The notes below the pieces were generated by a model. It saw only the letters and a program-made list of their open reading frames with translations, did not search any database and was not told the DNA's origin. This document shows, piece after piece, positions 1-12,552 of a stretch of DNA of 64,000 nt. Location of the stretch: contig NC_068981.1 of NCBI RefSeq assembly GCF_001194135.2, positions 100,026,478 to 100,090,477 on the forward strand, in the 5' to 3' direction. This DNA is from Octopus bimaculoides. Lineage: Eukaryota. The stretch's first letter is position 1. Each line of letters begins with the position of its first letter. The position numbers were made by a program, and so were the translations under genes.

Positions 1-227
1 CTGAAGTCAGGAGCAATAATGAAGGAGCATAGATAAAGGTCTTGAATAACACCTGTAATAACAGAACTTTATAGAATAGTGACTTACCATATAAAATAAT
101 CTACCTACTTAGATGTTTCTATTATCGACTTAATTTTTTGAAAAAAGAGACTTGATAGGTAAACCTCTTTCACAGAAATTACAGCCTTGAACATTCTTGT
201 CTTTTATTTCATCTGTTACCCCTGCAG

Positions 228-276
228 AAACAGATTTCCACACTATTATTATTGCAGCTAGCATTGTAGAAAGCTG
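228..276 (+). CDS. possible 49-nt micro-exon of an unidentified host gene
   Basis: Pyrimidine-rich acceptor ttcttgtcttttatttcatctgttacccctgcAG before 228 and donor ctg|GTAAGA after 276. One frame is open (TDFHTIIIAASIVES). No homology recognised and no partner exon found. Confidence 0.2.
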
Positions 277-330
277 GTAAGATTACTGCAATTTAAGTTT
301 GTGATTTAGTTTTGAGACACTACAGATGCT

Positions 331-628
331 AATTTCACTTCACTTGTACTGCTAATGCTCATGGGAAACACATAAACATCACAATACTCAATTTCCATTC
401 CTTTGAAAATCTTGTCCTTCATGCCTATCACACCAGTGTATCTTAACTGTTAGATCATGGCAGTAAAAAAGTAAGTAATGTTAAGCCAATTTCACTTCAT
501 TTGTGCTACTAATCCTCTTGGGAAACACAAAGATCACAGTTCTCAATTTCTATTCCTTTGAAAATTTTGGACTTCATGCCTATCACACCAGTGTATCCTA
601 ATTACTAGATTATGGTAGTAACAATAAG
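331..628. repeat. diverged tandem duplication, period about 157 bp
   Basis: aatttcacttca...gggaaacac...attcctttgaaaat...cttcatgcctatcacaccagtgtatc occurs starting at 331 and again at 488. Confidence 0.85.
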
Positions 629-3600
629 TTTAGCCAGAAATAAGTATGCTACTTAAAAATATGTACAGTTCCACTACTCTTAGAAAATTTTATTTATTTG
701 AAACTTACTGAGAATGTGTGCTTTGTTGAAGTGAACTATAAAAATGCTGAAGGTTAATTATTAAAAGTTGTTTAGGTAGAGTTTGATAAAAGAAATTTTT
801 GTATGAAGTAGATTCAAAGAGTATACACATAAATTAAAAATAAACTTATGACATCAATTAAGATGAATGCTAGATAATTGGTGGACATTAAACTAAGAGA
901 ATAATAGGATCTAGGATCTTTTATTATCAACAATATTGTTAGATTAGAAGTAAACAAATGGTTGCTATGGGACTTGTAAAGTCTTTTAAGTAGTTTATAT
1001 CAAACAGCTAATTAATTTTAGCCTGTTTTATGTTTGGGAAGTCATCTTAGGCTAAAAACATTACTTTTTTTACTGTCCCTTTAATGTACACTTTCAATAT
1101 ATTTGTGTGCAATTTGCCATTCTTTAGCTTTGAAAATTTTAAAACTATTTTCCTTATCTGTATACAAGTAAAATATTTTTCGGTTTGAACTGAGAATTTA
1201 TTGGTAAATATAATAATGTAATATTCAAGGTTTTCAAGATTTTATCTTCAACTGCAGCTATAAAGATTTCTGTTCCTGTCATTAACCTTTCAACAGTCTA
1301 CAGATTCACTCTTGCAGAATGCACAATCTGGTATATCTACAGATCTATGGCATAAAGGGAGTCACTCAAATGAATAGGCCAGCCTGTAAACCTACTATTT
1401 CAGGTAAACCCTGCCTCCACCTAACTGAGATTCATCAGGTGCACTTTAAGAATGCAGAAGTTAATAATATAGGAGAAACAGTGTTGTAGTTGGGATATGT
1501 TTTACTCTCTGCTTTCCAGTCAATTTCTGTACACCTGTTCTTGATTAGCTCCAGATCAGATCTGATACAGTGGCTGTTACAAACATGAACAATTCATTTC
1601 TTTGTATATCTAAGACTAGGTTGTCCAACATGTTTTTTTTCCTTTTCTTATTTAAACCATTGAGTGACTGCATAGAGATATCTGTAAAGTCTGTTAGTGC
1701 TCAGACCAGATGTTGGCAAGATTCACTTTGTCAGCCTGTGACAATTACCATTCTGATGTATACTGTTTATGGTTGAACATTTCAGTATTTTGGTAAATGG
1801 CTACATGGTTGTTTCATTTTTCATTTGATATAAGTTGTGCTTAAATTAATACCAAAAACAAAAAATTAAATTATGAATAGAAATCAACACGAGACAATAA
1901 ACTGCTTCCTGGCAGAATGCCAAACTTGAAACATAGTAGCCATTAGCTGTGTCTATTGACAACAATGAAGACAGCTGAATATTTCTAATGAGTAAAAATG
2001 ATATTTAAATAAAATAATAATGATGCTAGCCTTTAGGATTTAATTAAATGTTTAACTTTTTGACTGAGTTATTGTTAATAAAATAATAATTTTTTTACAC
2101 TAGTCACCTCATCATTAGAAATGAACCATTCATATAACTCATATTATCTCATTAAAACATTGCATAGATGTAACTATTCAAAAATGCTTCATCTTTAAAG
2201 ATGAGGTTAAAAGTTTAAACAATTATTATTATAGGGAGTTAATTACTAATTGAATTAACATCAAAAGAAAACCAAAACTTACACACTAACTGAAGTGACT
2301 AATCTTAGTGTAGATTTTGGTATTAAACAAAAATAGCATTCCCAAAAGAGCAACATTAAAACAGACATGAGTAACCATAATCCGTTGGCCACACCACTAA
2401 AATAATAATTAACAAACAGCATACATAGTATAGAGTACACCATATAGAAAACTAAGTAAATCATAAAAAAAAGTGTTTGACAGGAAGTCAGTAAATGGCA
2501 AGGAAAGAAACAAACAAAATTTCGCAAATTAACAGAATTAAACCAACAGATTTTGTTACAAATTTTCAGTAAAATATGTAGTGTACACCTGGTAGACAGC
2601 TATCATAGGGGAGATAATCTCTAAATTAAGTTAAGCTGAGTCAGGGTTGGAAGTTTGAAATTTAAACTAAAGATTAAAGAAGGTGTACAGAATATACACA
2701 TTTCTTATTTCTTTTTGCAACACATTATAAACATCTTAAAATTTCTACTTGTAGCCATGTACAACACTAGAACCATATGCTGGTCAAATACCAGAGGTTA
2801 CTTATATCTGCTTATTGAAAGTGTTCATATTTTACAAAAGGTTGTATTTATATACAAAGCACTCAAGCATAGTTGCCCACACATAAATGCATACACATCA
2901 AAAGTATTTTTTACTAGGTCACTTTACCTGCTAGAAATAGCAATAAAATGACCTTCAAATCATTGTCTTAAAGGAAAAGACACAATGGATAATGTAGACT
3001 TATGTATACACTTCTAATAAAATGGAATGTCCTTTACTGAAATAGATCAATCATATTTAATCTGGTGCTAAACAACAAAAACATATTCACAAATAAGTGG
3101 AAACTTAGACAAAGCACACATCTACATATACAACTTAAGGGCTGGCTAATGATTCTAAGCAGAAAGATATAAATGTATCCTTATGAAATCAGCAATAATT
3201 TCTTACAATTAATATAAAATCATGAATTTTATAAAGAACAACACTACATGACAGATATTTCAGTCTTTTCTGCTGCCTTTTCTTGGTTAAATTTCTTGGG
3301 CAAGGAGGTACTCACTTTTGTAATATCTCTTCTACACTTTTTCATTTACCTGCAATTGACTTATTTTTAGGAGCTCTTTTTAGTTCACAACAGTAGCAAA
3401 AGATGAATTGTGTGTTTGTAGAGACTTTTGTTATTGTCATAAAATTTTTGTTCTGGCAAATTTTTTTTCTCTTTTGCATTATGTTTATCATTAATAGCTT
3501 TCCGTTTTATTTTGAATATATAAAAAAACAAATACTTAAAATAGATACAAAAACAAAACAATAAAATGAAAACATCAATGGCTTATACAACAAAATTAAT

Positions 3601-4124
3601 AAATTTTTATAAATAAGCAAATCAAATATTGGTGGTGAGAAAAGAAATAGGAAGAAATATAAACATATTTCTACCATCATTTCAAATACTCATTCATTAA
3701 TACACACACACTGCTATCCAAATTCTATGTAAAACCCAAATGTCCAAAAATAATGTTAATACTTTGTTATAATTTCACTGCCAAACAACATATTAGCCAT
3801 CACAAACTATAATATATATACAGACCTCCTCTGCATCATGGTAATATTGCAGTTCAGAAAATCTTGCTGCCACATGAATTTTCATGTTATATGGAGATCA
3901 AGTGGGAAATATGTTTCACAGTATGAAACGTTACAGCAAGATTTTTAGGAACACAATACTTCTATAAAGCAGGTATTCCAGTACTCTTCACAATGGTACA
4001 AGTAGAAAGTTTCAGATTAAACTTTCTTCTCAAACCCCACACTATTTCACTAATAAATTATTTCTTGCTTTCAACATTATTGTATTAAATTCTATAAAAT
4101 GCTTGAACTTCAAGATCTGTAACT

Positions 4125-4369
4125 TTAATCCTGTAGCGTCTAAACTGACCAAAATATTCGACCAAAATATTCAGGCCAAAATATTCTACCAGTTTTATGT
4201 TCAAACCAGCCAGATCTGGCCTCTTGCATCCATCCTACAATATCATTCAGAAAATAAACAATCACATTATCAAAATCTCAAAACTACAATATAATGTATG
4301 ATTAGTTCAAAACAATTTGAATAAATAAGCATTACATTTGACAGAGTAATCTGAATGCTAAAGAGTTAA
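4125..4369 (+). mobile_element. TTAA-flanked MITE (piggyBac-like ends), copy 1
   Basis: Ends ttaa-tcctgtagcgt ... aatgctaaagag-ttaa. The body matches the copies at 22160, 22733 and 36653. Internal triple repeat of ccaaaatattc. Confidence 0.7.
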
Positions 4370-4374
4370 GACAT

Positions 4375-5690
4375 TGTGTTGGTGTTCTTGAAATCTACAC
4401 TGTTAACTATTCTTATGGCTCTTTACATAGTATACCTAATGGCATTAATAGGTGTTGCCCTGTACTTCCATGTATTAATTAAGATACAGAAATACAAATA
4501 ATACAGGGTCTGTAACACTTTAAGATTCAGAGTGTGTCCAGTTTTTCCTAAAACAGGTCATCTTTCTTCACATTTTTTAAATGTTTCCAGCAGATTTTAT
4601 GGTCTAATATCAAAGTTGATTTTAATTTTCACATACTTTCTCTATATTGACAGTGTCTATCATAGTTTGTAATTGAGTGTTTATTTTATAATTTCCAAAC
4701 AACATATTTGATTTGTTCAAGTTTAACAATAGGTAAACCACCATTTAAACGTTTTCATTTCTTTAGTAACTATCTCTAAAAGCTGTAAATTTTACCATGG
4801 AAATATTTATGTCATCTGAAAATATACAAATTTCTGTATTTTTGATACACTGCATATATTATTTATATACAAAATGAATAATTTTAGACCTCATACTAAC
4901 ACCTGAAGTATTCCACAAATAATAACTATGTATGTTGCCTGCTTCATAAACAACTTCTCAACCAATGAAACCCAATCCCTCTAAAACTATATCTTTTTAT
5001 TGAATAATATATTGTGAGATCAAAAGGTTTACTCCTACTGTATACATATTTTTTTCTGTACAATTAGTAACTTCAATTAATTCAATTCATGCAAAAGAGG
5101 TTGATCTGTTTGCTCTGAATACATACAAACTGTCTGTCAGCAATTGTGATGTCAATGACTTTCTCTATTTTCTCAGTAAAAGTTTTCCCAATATCATGCA
5201 ACAAACCAACAAGTAATTTGTAAAATGGTATTCATTTACAATTTTATATAATGGCAAAACTTCCACCATTTTATTTTGCACAGAAATATACCAGTTTGAA
5301 AGGACAACTGATGAGGTTTTGAAATTCCTTCAATAACTTACTTGAGTATTGTTATATCAATTTCATTCCAGTCAGTAGAATGTTTTTGCTCTTATATTTG
5401 CTGCCAATGTCTATTATTTCCGTTTCTTCTACTGCCTTAATAAAATTGAACTTAAATTTCTATCCCCATTATCGTTATCACTTTTCTCTTTAATTGTGTC
5501 TGGAACATTGATTTCTTTTCTGGCAATCTTGATCCCACATTTATAAAGAAGTGATCAAAAACAACCACCATATTATTTATGGTTTTATCACTATCAATAA
5601 AATAAAAGTTAACTTGAATTTTGAGACCCATTTCTAGCAACGCTGCATAACACACTCCATACTGCTTTAATGTTATTTTTAGTTATCTCC
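4375..5690 (-). pseudogene. decayed L2/CR1-group LINE ORF2 (reverse transcriptase)
   Basis: Minus-strand fragments in the expected RT order: FDHFFINVGSRL, KHSTDWNEIDITILK*VIEGISKP..SFQTG, a QYGFR-like segment, GPKLFILYIN-like, FSDDINI (YADD position) and WGNTY-like. Many stops and frameshifts. Confidence 0.7.
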
Positions 5691-6429
5691 ATTTTATTAT
5701 AATAGTCCTTCTTACATATCCTTATGATATGAGTCAGCATTTATGTTTTAAATATTTCTCAGCATTTATGTTTTAAATATTTCTCAGCATCTATAGTTCT
5801 ACATTTTATGTATACTTTATATGGTGCATTTTTCTTTTTAATGGCATTATGAGATCTCATTGTGATCTATAGATTGCCTGTATAAGTTTTTCTACTGTAT
5901 TGTTTAATTTTTGTAATATAGAGGTTCAACTGCGAAATAGAATGTTTTATATGCTTTGTCTATAACTTCTACATATACAATTTCCCAATTTTGCTATGAA
6001 AGCATCCATAGATTCCTTTGTTCTTATTCTTTTGCATTCAAAATTATTGGCATCTTTAACCTTCCTATATTTACAGTCATATACTACAAAACAGGCAAAT
6101 AGTCACTAATGATATCCAATAGTAGCCTGCCTACTGAAAATGTCTTTCATAATGGTTGTGAATATATTATCTATTAGAATACACAATGCACTGCAATTCT
6201 CCTAGGTCTAGTGGTTTTTGGATATAAACCCGTGCTATATCATTGCATTGCTAAATGCGTCGATCATTTTCTACTTCTGATTTCACAGGTCAATATTAGA
6301 ATCCACACAAATAAACATGAAATTAATAACTGTTTTTGTTTAATTCTTTTATTCATTTGGTAGTTTCAGTTGTAGGACTGCAACCATGCTGGAGCAACAC
6401 CTTACTTTATTTTCTTTCAGTTTTGTTGT

Positions 6430-7085
6430 CGCTTTATGGCTGGAAGTTGATCTATGATTGAATTCATAGCAACTGATTTTCTCTGAGTGTATCCTTGAAT
6501 GTTTGGTTGGTCAGTGTCATTGTTAGGAATTTATGCAATGCTTTTTTGAATGTTTCAGGAGAGGTCCCTTTTATATTTCTGATTTCTTTAGGTAGGCAGT
6601 TGAACAACTGAGGACCTCTGAATATCAGACTGGTACAATAGAGTGTTTTTGTTTGTGATTCCGAAGGTGCTATAGTTAGAAGATGACAGTATCACCCACT
6701 TTGTGCATTAAAATTCTCTTTAATACACAAGCTTGGAACATGCTCTTCCAGGATTTCCCATACATATATGATAGTATGTCTCCCCCTTCAGCATTCAAGA
6801 AAGTAGAGATGCAGAGCTTTCAAATGTTCCTAGTAATTAAGGCATTTAACTGAAGTCATTTTACAGGTGAATGTTCTTTGTAATCCTTCAATCTCTACTA
6901 TGAAACAGGATGGGAGCAGTAATCTAATCTGCTCAGGACTAAAGTTTTCCATAGAATCAGTTCTCTTATCACAAAGGTTCATAGGATCCATCCCATGAGA
7001 TGTCTGCATTTAGAGATCAGTTTGGTGATGTGGTTGATGAAAGATGCACCATCTGACATGATTACTCCTAAGCCTCATATGTCAT
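6430..7085 (-). mobile_element. CR1/L2-like LINE 3' fragment
   Basis: Minus-strand peptides RHTIIYVWEILEEHVPSL and GPQLFNCLPKEIRNI. Same type as the element at 26540-27595. Confidence 0.75.
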
Positions 7086-7451
7086 TAGCACAATGAATCA
7101 TTGTGTTATCTGATGTCAAATAATGTGACGTGTGTATTCCCTCCATATTACAGAACCTTTAATTTTGATGTATTAAATTTCATATTTTCATCTGTCCACT
7201 GATAAATGAGGGTTAACTCATTTTGAAGTGTGATGGCATCTTCTTAAGTTTGGAGAGCCACAAATATTTTTGTGTCATCAGTGTAGCTTGTCAGGTTTGC
7301 CACGTACACATTGATGCACTTTTGCATGCTTTTAATTAGATTATTTTTGATTGAAATTATTTAAGTTGTTTTTCTTTTCCCCTTTTTTTTTTGCAGTTGT
7401 ATCTAAGAATGTTTGATAAATAGTTTGGTGTATGAGTATATGATCTGATCT

Positions 7452-8282
7452 ATAAGTATCCAGGCTGTTGCTGTAGTAACAAAGCTAAAGCACACAGAGT
7501 GAAGCTGCTGGACACAGATTGACCTTGAACTCTGCTGTGCATGTGCACTAAGTTTTTATGTTCTAGCTCACTTCCACTGTTTACAGCAGTGCTCGAAAGG
7601 CAGGTGTGTACCATGTGATTGTCACATTGACCATGACAGAGAAAGTTGAAAAGAACATCTGCATCAAATTTTGCCAAAAGTTTGGCAATACCTGCTCAGA
7701 GGCCTCTGAAAAGAGATCTTGTGCAACTGAAAACCAAGTACCTTTTTTGTCAGCTGAAAGTAGTTTTGGTACAAAGTTGGCAGACAAGCATCTCATACCC
7801 AAATCTTCAGTGATAATGGTCTGAACTGAACCGTAACTAATCTGCATATCCTCTGATAACTCATGGATTATGATTCGATGATCTCCCCTCAGAGATACAT
7901 GCACATCTGCAATGTTTTCCTCATTTCTGCTGGTTGCAGGTCTCCCAGAATGTCTGTCAATATCAACATTTTTTTGGCCATCTTGGAAACGTCTGAACCA
8001 CTCGTACACTTGTGTATGGCTCATACACTCCTCTCCATACACTTTCTGCAACTTTGCATCAGCCTCTGAGCAGGTATTGCCATGACAACTTTCTCTGTCA
8101 TGGTCAATGCGATGATCACACACTACACACCTTTCTTTGAAGCACTGCTGTAAACAGTGGAAGTGAGCTAGAATGTTAAAACTTAGTGTGCATGCACAGC
8201 AGAGTTCAAGGTCAATCCGTACCAAGCGACTTCACTCTGTGTACTTTAGCTTCGTTACTATGGCAACAGCCTGGATACTTAT
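7452..8282 (-). mobile_element. mariner-derived fold-back element (5' end duplicated as an inverted arm)
   Basis: Arms 7452-7702 and 8062-8282 are reverse complements. The centre encodes mariner HTH-region peptide (QVYEWFRRFQDG...HSGRPATS...GMRCLSANFVPKLL) on the minus strand. No catalytic domain. Confidence 0.9.
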
Positions 8283-8577
8283 TAATCAAACCTCCTATGT
8301 TTAAGTTAAGAGGCATGTTTGTTTGTGTTCACTTCAGAGTAAATGGATGTTTATCCCATTACTTTGAGTAGAGGAATTATCTGTTTCAAACATGTTGTTT
8401 TTAAAACTGTTACACATATGTGACATTTGCAATATTTGCATAATGCAAAACTGGTAGGAACAGATGTTAATTACAGTACTTGATGTACTTTAATTTGAAA
8501 CCTAGAATGTAAACATTTAGGAAAAATGCTACTAAACCTATATTCTGATGCCCAGACAATTCTGCTAGCTCACTGTC

Positions 8578-8611
<34 letters not shown>

Positions 8612-8701
8612 TATTATTACAATTATTATTATTATTATTTCTATTACTATTATTATTATTATTACTATTATTATTCTTATTATTACTATTATTATTATTA
8701 T

Positions 8702-8733
<32 letters not shown>
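8578..8733. repeat. (ATT)n then (AAT)n microsatellite
   Basis: Imperfect ATT tract that flips to AAT near 8703. Confidence 0.95.
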
Positions 8734-8734
<1 letters not shown>

Positions 8735-8744
8735 TTTCTCATAT

Positions 8745-9045
8745 AGGCATGAGGCCTGAAATTTGGGGAAGGGGTAAGTCGATACCATTGACCCTGACAT
8801 CTGACAGGTGCTTTATTTTATCAACGCCAACAGGATAAAAAGAAAAAGTTCACCCTACGAAATTTGAACTCAGAATGTAAAGAGTCACAACAAATATAGC
8901 AAAGTATTTTGTCCGACAAGCACAGGGTTAGTAATTTTTGAAGAGGTGAGCAGTCAATACATTAACCCAGTACTTGACTAGTATTTTATTTTATCAACCC
9001 TGAAAGGATGCAAGGCAAAATTGACAGAACTTAAAGAACCTGAAC
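8745..9045 (-). mobile_element. two adjacent tRNA-derived SINE family A copies
   Basis: Each copy has the reverse complement of gagttcaaattcc...gactttgcctttcatcctt..ggggtcgataaaataagtaccagt...ggccttgtgcct. Confidence 0.8.
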
Positions 9046-9059
9046 AATTTTGTTTTTCC

Positions 9060-9310
9060 CTTATGACCAGTTTCAAACGCAGGTCACAGCAACAAAGTTC
9101 ACCCACCACACTTCTCAGTCCAACACCACTGCTTCAAGGCTCTGGATACATTCCAGGACAGTGTCTGTGATCAAATTGATAATGCGTGATGATGTTTTCC
9201 TCTTCTTATATCACCATGAAGTGGGTTCCACAAGACTGATTTGGATGCTTCCAGATCAGGGTAGCGCACACCATGACCAGATAGTCGCAGCCATCTTGCC
9301 TAACTTTCTC
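9060..9310 (-). mobile_element. RTE-clade LINE ORF C-terminal fragment
   Basis: Minus strand reads RWLRLSGHGVRYPDLEASKSVLWNPLHGDIRRGK, matching the RLxGH...WxPxxGxRxRGR ending of RTE-type ORFs. Confidence 0.7.
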
Positions 9311-9377
9311 ATTAACTTTTCAAACACTCTAAGGATTCTGCCAGTTTACTGCCATCTTTTTAATAATGGTTTCTAAT

Positions 9378-9790
9378 TTAGGCACAAGGCCAGCAGATTT
9401 TGAAAAGAAGGAGTTAGTCAATAATATTGACCCCAGTACATGATTAGCACATTATTTTATCAACTCCAAGAGATGAAAGGCAAAACTGATTATGATGGGG
9501 TTTGAGTTCAGAATGTAAATGGTCCAAATCCCATTGAGTATTTGGATTTTTTATGTTTAAATATAATAAAACTACTGAAAAATATTACTTATAATAATGG
9601 GAACTGACATGATTATGTTAAGTTTGGTCCCACTGATTGCATGTAGGACATCAATACTTGACTGGTACATTATTTTATCGATCAAGCTCAAATCTTCAAC
9701 TTGGCAGGAGTTGAATGTTGAACTCAAAAAATAACTGGAATAAATACCGCAAGGCATTTTGTCTGATGCTCTAACAATTCTGTCAGCCCC
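9378..9790 (-). mobile_element. two further SINE family A copies
   Basis: ggcacaaggccagc...gagttcagaatgtaa at 9378-9525 and a second degenerate copy at about 9600-9790. Confidence 0.75.
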
Positions 9791-10278
9791 CCACCAAACT
9801 TCTAGGAGGAGGAGGAAGAGGAGAAACTGGCTCTGGTCAAATAAGAATACGGATGTAGAAACCCAACTTGTCATGAAAACAGATATAAATCTTATAACAA
9901 TTACAAAACCCAAGATCAAAAGTATCAAACTAAGAAGATGCTAAGCAAATCCCCAATAAGTACAGCAGATGCTTCCTTTATGTCTTACATGTCATTATTA
10001 TATACAAAATATATTGTTTAGATATTATACAACAAAAGTGTAATGATAAGAAACAAATAAGCAATAGGACACAAACAAAACAAAATGACCTAATGCCATT
10101 TAAAACAGATCAGCAATATCTACCAGTCCAGGATTTATGATGCATGTTGTAATGTGAGTAAGTTAATGCAAAGTGTGCATTAGAAGCAGCATCCTCGCAA
10201 AAGTTATCACTCAACAAAAGAATTGTCTTGCACTGCTAGCATTCACCAAAATAAAATAGATATTACAAAGAACAATAC

Positions 10279-10313
<35 letters not shown>

Positions 10314-11204
10314 TGCAACTAATACAAACAGATGCACCATAGATGAGGTGGACCATAAAACAAAGATGTAATCCAAACATACAAACACACAAGTAAATGT
10401 ATGCAGGGATTAATTAATAATAAACAATAAAATTATCCCAGAAACCTAAACAGAAAAACTCATAGAAATAATTCTATGCTAAAGATATAACGAAACAAAT
10501 AATCTCATATAGAAAAAAGATAAGTTGCCACAACAGAATTTACCACACACAGAACACAAATCTCCAAAACGGAAAGAAAATAGCACAACAAAAACAAACA
10601 TTAACCACTACAATAAAAGCACCCTCAAAACAATGAAAATAGAAAGACAAAATAAGGAATGGTTGCAAAAAGAAAGAAAAAAACATACAAAAGCCAGAAT
10701 GGTGCTGAAAATCTTATAAGTCTATGTGCATATCTTTTGCTGCTGTATATCAGTGAAAGTTGTAAACAACATTGGAAAAACTGATAAACCAGCTTTTTCA
10801 AATAGAAAATATCTTGTATGATATTTGTTCCCTGCCTCATCACCATCACCACTGCCAAGTTACACAAACATTCCTTTGTCATTCTCACCATCAGAAAGGC
10901 ATTGAATCAATGATTATTCCATTGGAAATCTGTAACCAGATGATGAAATTCTTCATCAAATATAGTGTAAAAAATTAAAGAAAGAAACTGAATATCAACA
11001 TGCTGAATATACTAATCTATTCAGTAGCTATGGTGGTATCAAAGAAAAAGCAGGCTTGATCCTAATAAAGTAAGATGCCCCTCAGCTAAAATTGATAAAA
11101 AGAAAGTTGAAAGAAAATATATTATAATTCTACTTGTCACTCTGTTAGTAAGTTATCAAGTGCATTATGCTCTGATGGGCAGTTATCACTAAAAATTGGC
11201 ATTA

Positions 11205-11415
11205 AGGCCACAAGTTGGCAGAATTGTTAATATGCGGGATAAAATGCTTTACAGTATTTCTTTCAACTTTACATTCTGAGTTTAAATTCCACCAAAGTCG
11301 ACTTTGCCTTTTATCCTTTTGGGGACAATAAAATAAGTACCAGTTGAGTGCTGGGGTCAATGTATTGATCAGCAACGTACCCCAAAATTTCGGGCCTTTG
11401 TGCCTTTAGTAGAAT
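11205..11415 (+). mobile_element. SINE family A
   Basis: tggcagaattg (A-box-like), ctgagtttaaattcc (B-box-like), gtcgactttgccttttatccttttgggg, gggcctttgtgcct. Confidence 0.85.
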
Positions 11416-12552
11416 GGAATACTACTAATACTACTAGAAGAAATATTGCCTTCTGGGTGGTTTTCTGCTAGTACTTTGTAAAATAGATAAAGAAAAACAA
11501 AAGGAAGACTTATCTTTACTCGGTGAAGTGGAAAGTGAAGGGTTTAATATGAAAATAGGGAAAGAACTCTAAATAATCAGAAAATATAAGATGAATTGGA
11601 AAAAAGAAGACATCAGGAAATAAAAGAGAGAGTAACTCAAAACAAATTAGTAAAATAGTGGCAGATTAGCATATCCCAAAATGTGTGAGTGCTTCTTTTA
11701 GGAAAACAAAAACAAACGAAAAATTATCAAGACATTTTAGAGAGAGACATCCATAAAGAAAGAAGAAAGTACAGTACTGAATTACATACCAATATCAACA
11801 CGAGTTCAAATATACTGAGAGAAAATATAGAGCAAAAACATTCTGCTCAATCAAGAAGCATAACAGATTAGAAGGAAATGAAATAAGCTAAGTACTATAA
11901 AACCACAACACAACTCTGCTGGAAGTTATGTCCATTGGGCAGTATGCCAATACTTTAATATGAAAACTGAGGAAATTGTATAATACAATGACCTTACCAT
12001 GATAAATCTAGATATGCCTGACCAAACTGACAAGGAGATCGACATGATCCCATTAGATATATCAAGCCTCTGATATTAAATAAAGTGTTAAACACTTGTA
12101 GTATGCAAATTACTTGCTACAATTCTCTGAAGCTACTAGATTCGATGGATATATAAACAGATTGGATACTTATTTCTCTGGGATTGGTCAAATGGTGTTG
12201 ACACCTCTGAGAAGGCCCCCAATAAGGGTTGGAAATCAAAGGTTGTTCATTTTTTTCACTCTTCAGAGAAATAGGTAAATTTGATATGTTTAGATGTTAT
12301 ATAGGATAACATAATAATCAAAGAATAGTAATCCCTGTGCTGATAAACATTTCAATTCTCTCGTGAGAAACAAAAGTCAGAGACTATCAAAGCACAAGGG
12401 TCTAGAAATAAAGACTAAGCAGGATGCGGCATATAATTGTAAGAACAGTTACCAATAATAATAATAATCAATGGACTAGATAGGATAAAGACTATGAATA
12501 GAAATATTAAAAACCATATTACATCTGGTAAAGCAGCCATACACAGGAGCAG

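Noticed and set aside
1385-1446. Hammerhead-like CTGATGA...GAAA...GTA on the minus strand
   Set aside because: Stems I and III cannot be paired convincingly. At best a decayed remnant.
5300-5330. CTGATGA-GGTTTT-GAAA
   Set aside because: No stem II or stem I, and it lies inside a LINE RT remnant, so it is probably chance.
11560-12230. Possible Penelope RT remnant (MIPLDISSL* resembles the LDxxSLY motif)
   Set aside because: Only one short motif matches and the other RT motifs could not be traced. A profile-HMM search would be needed.
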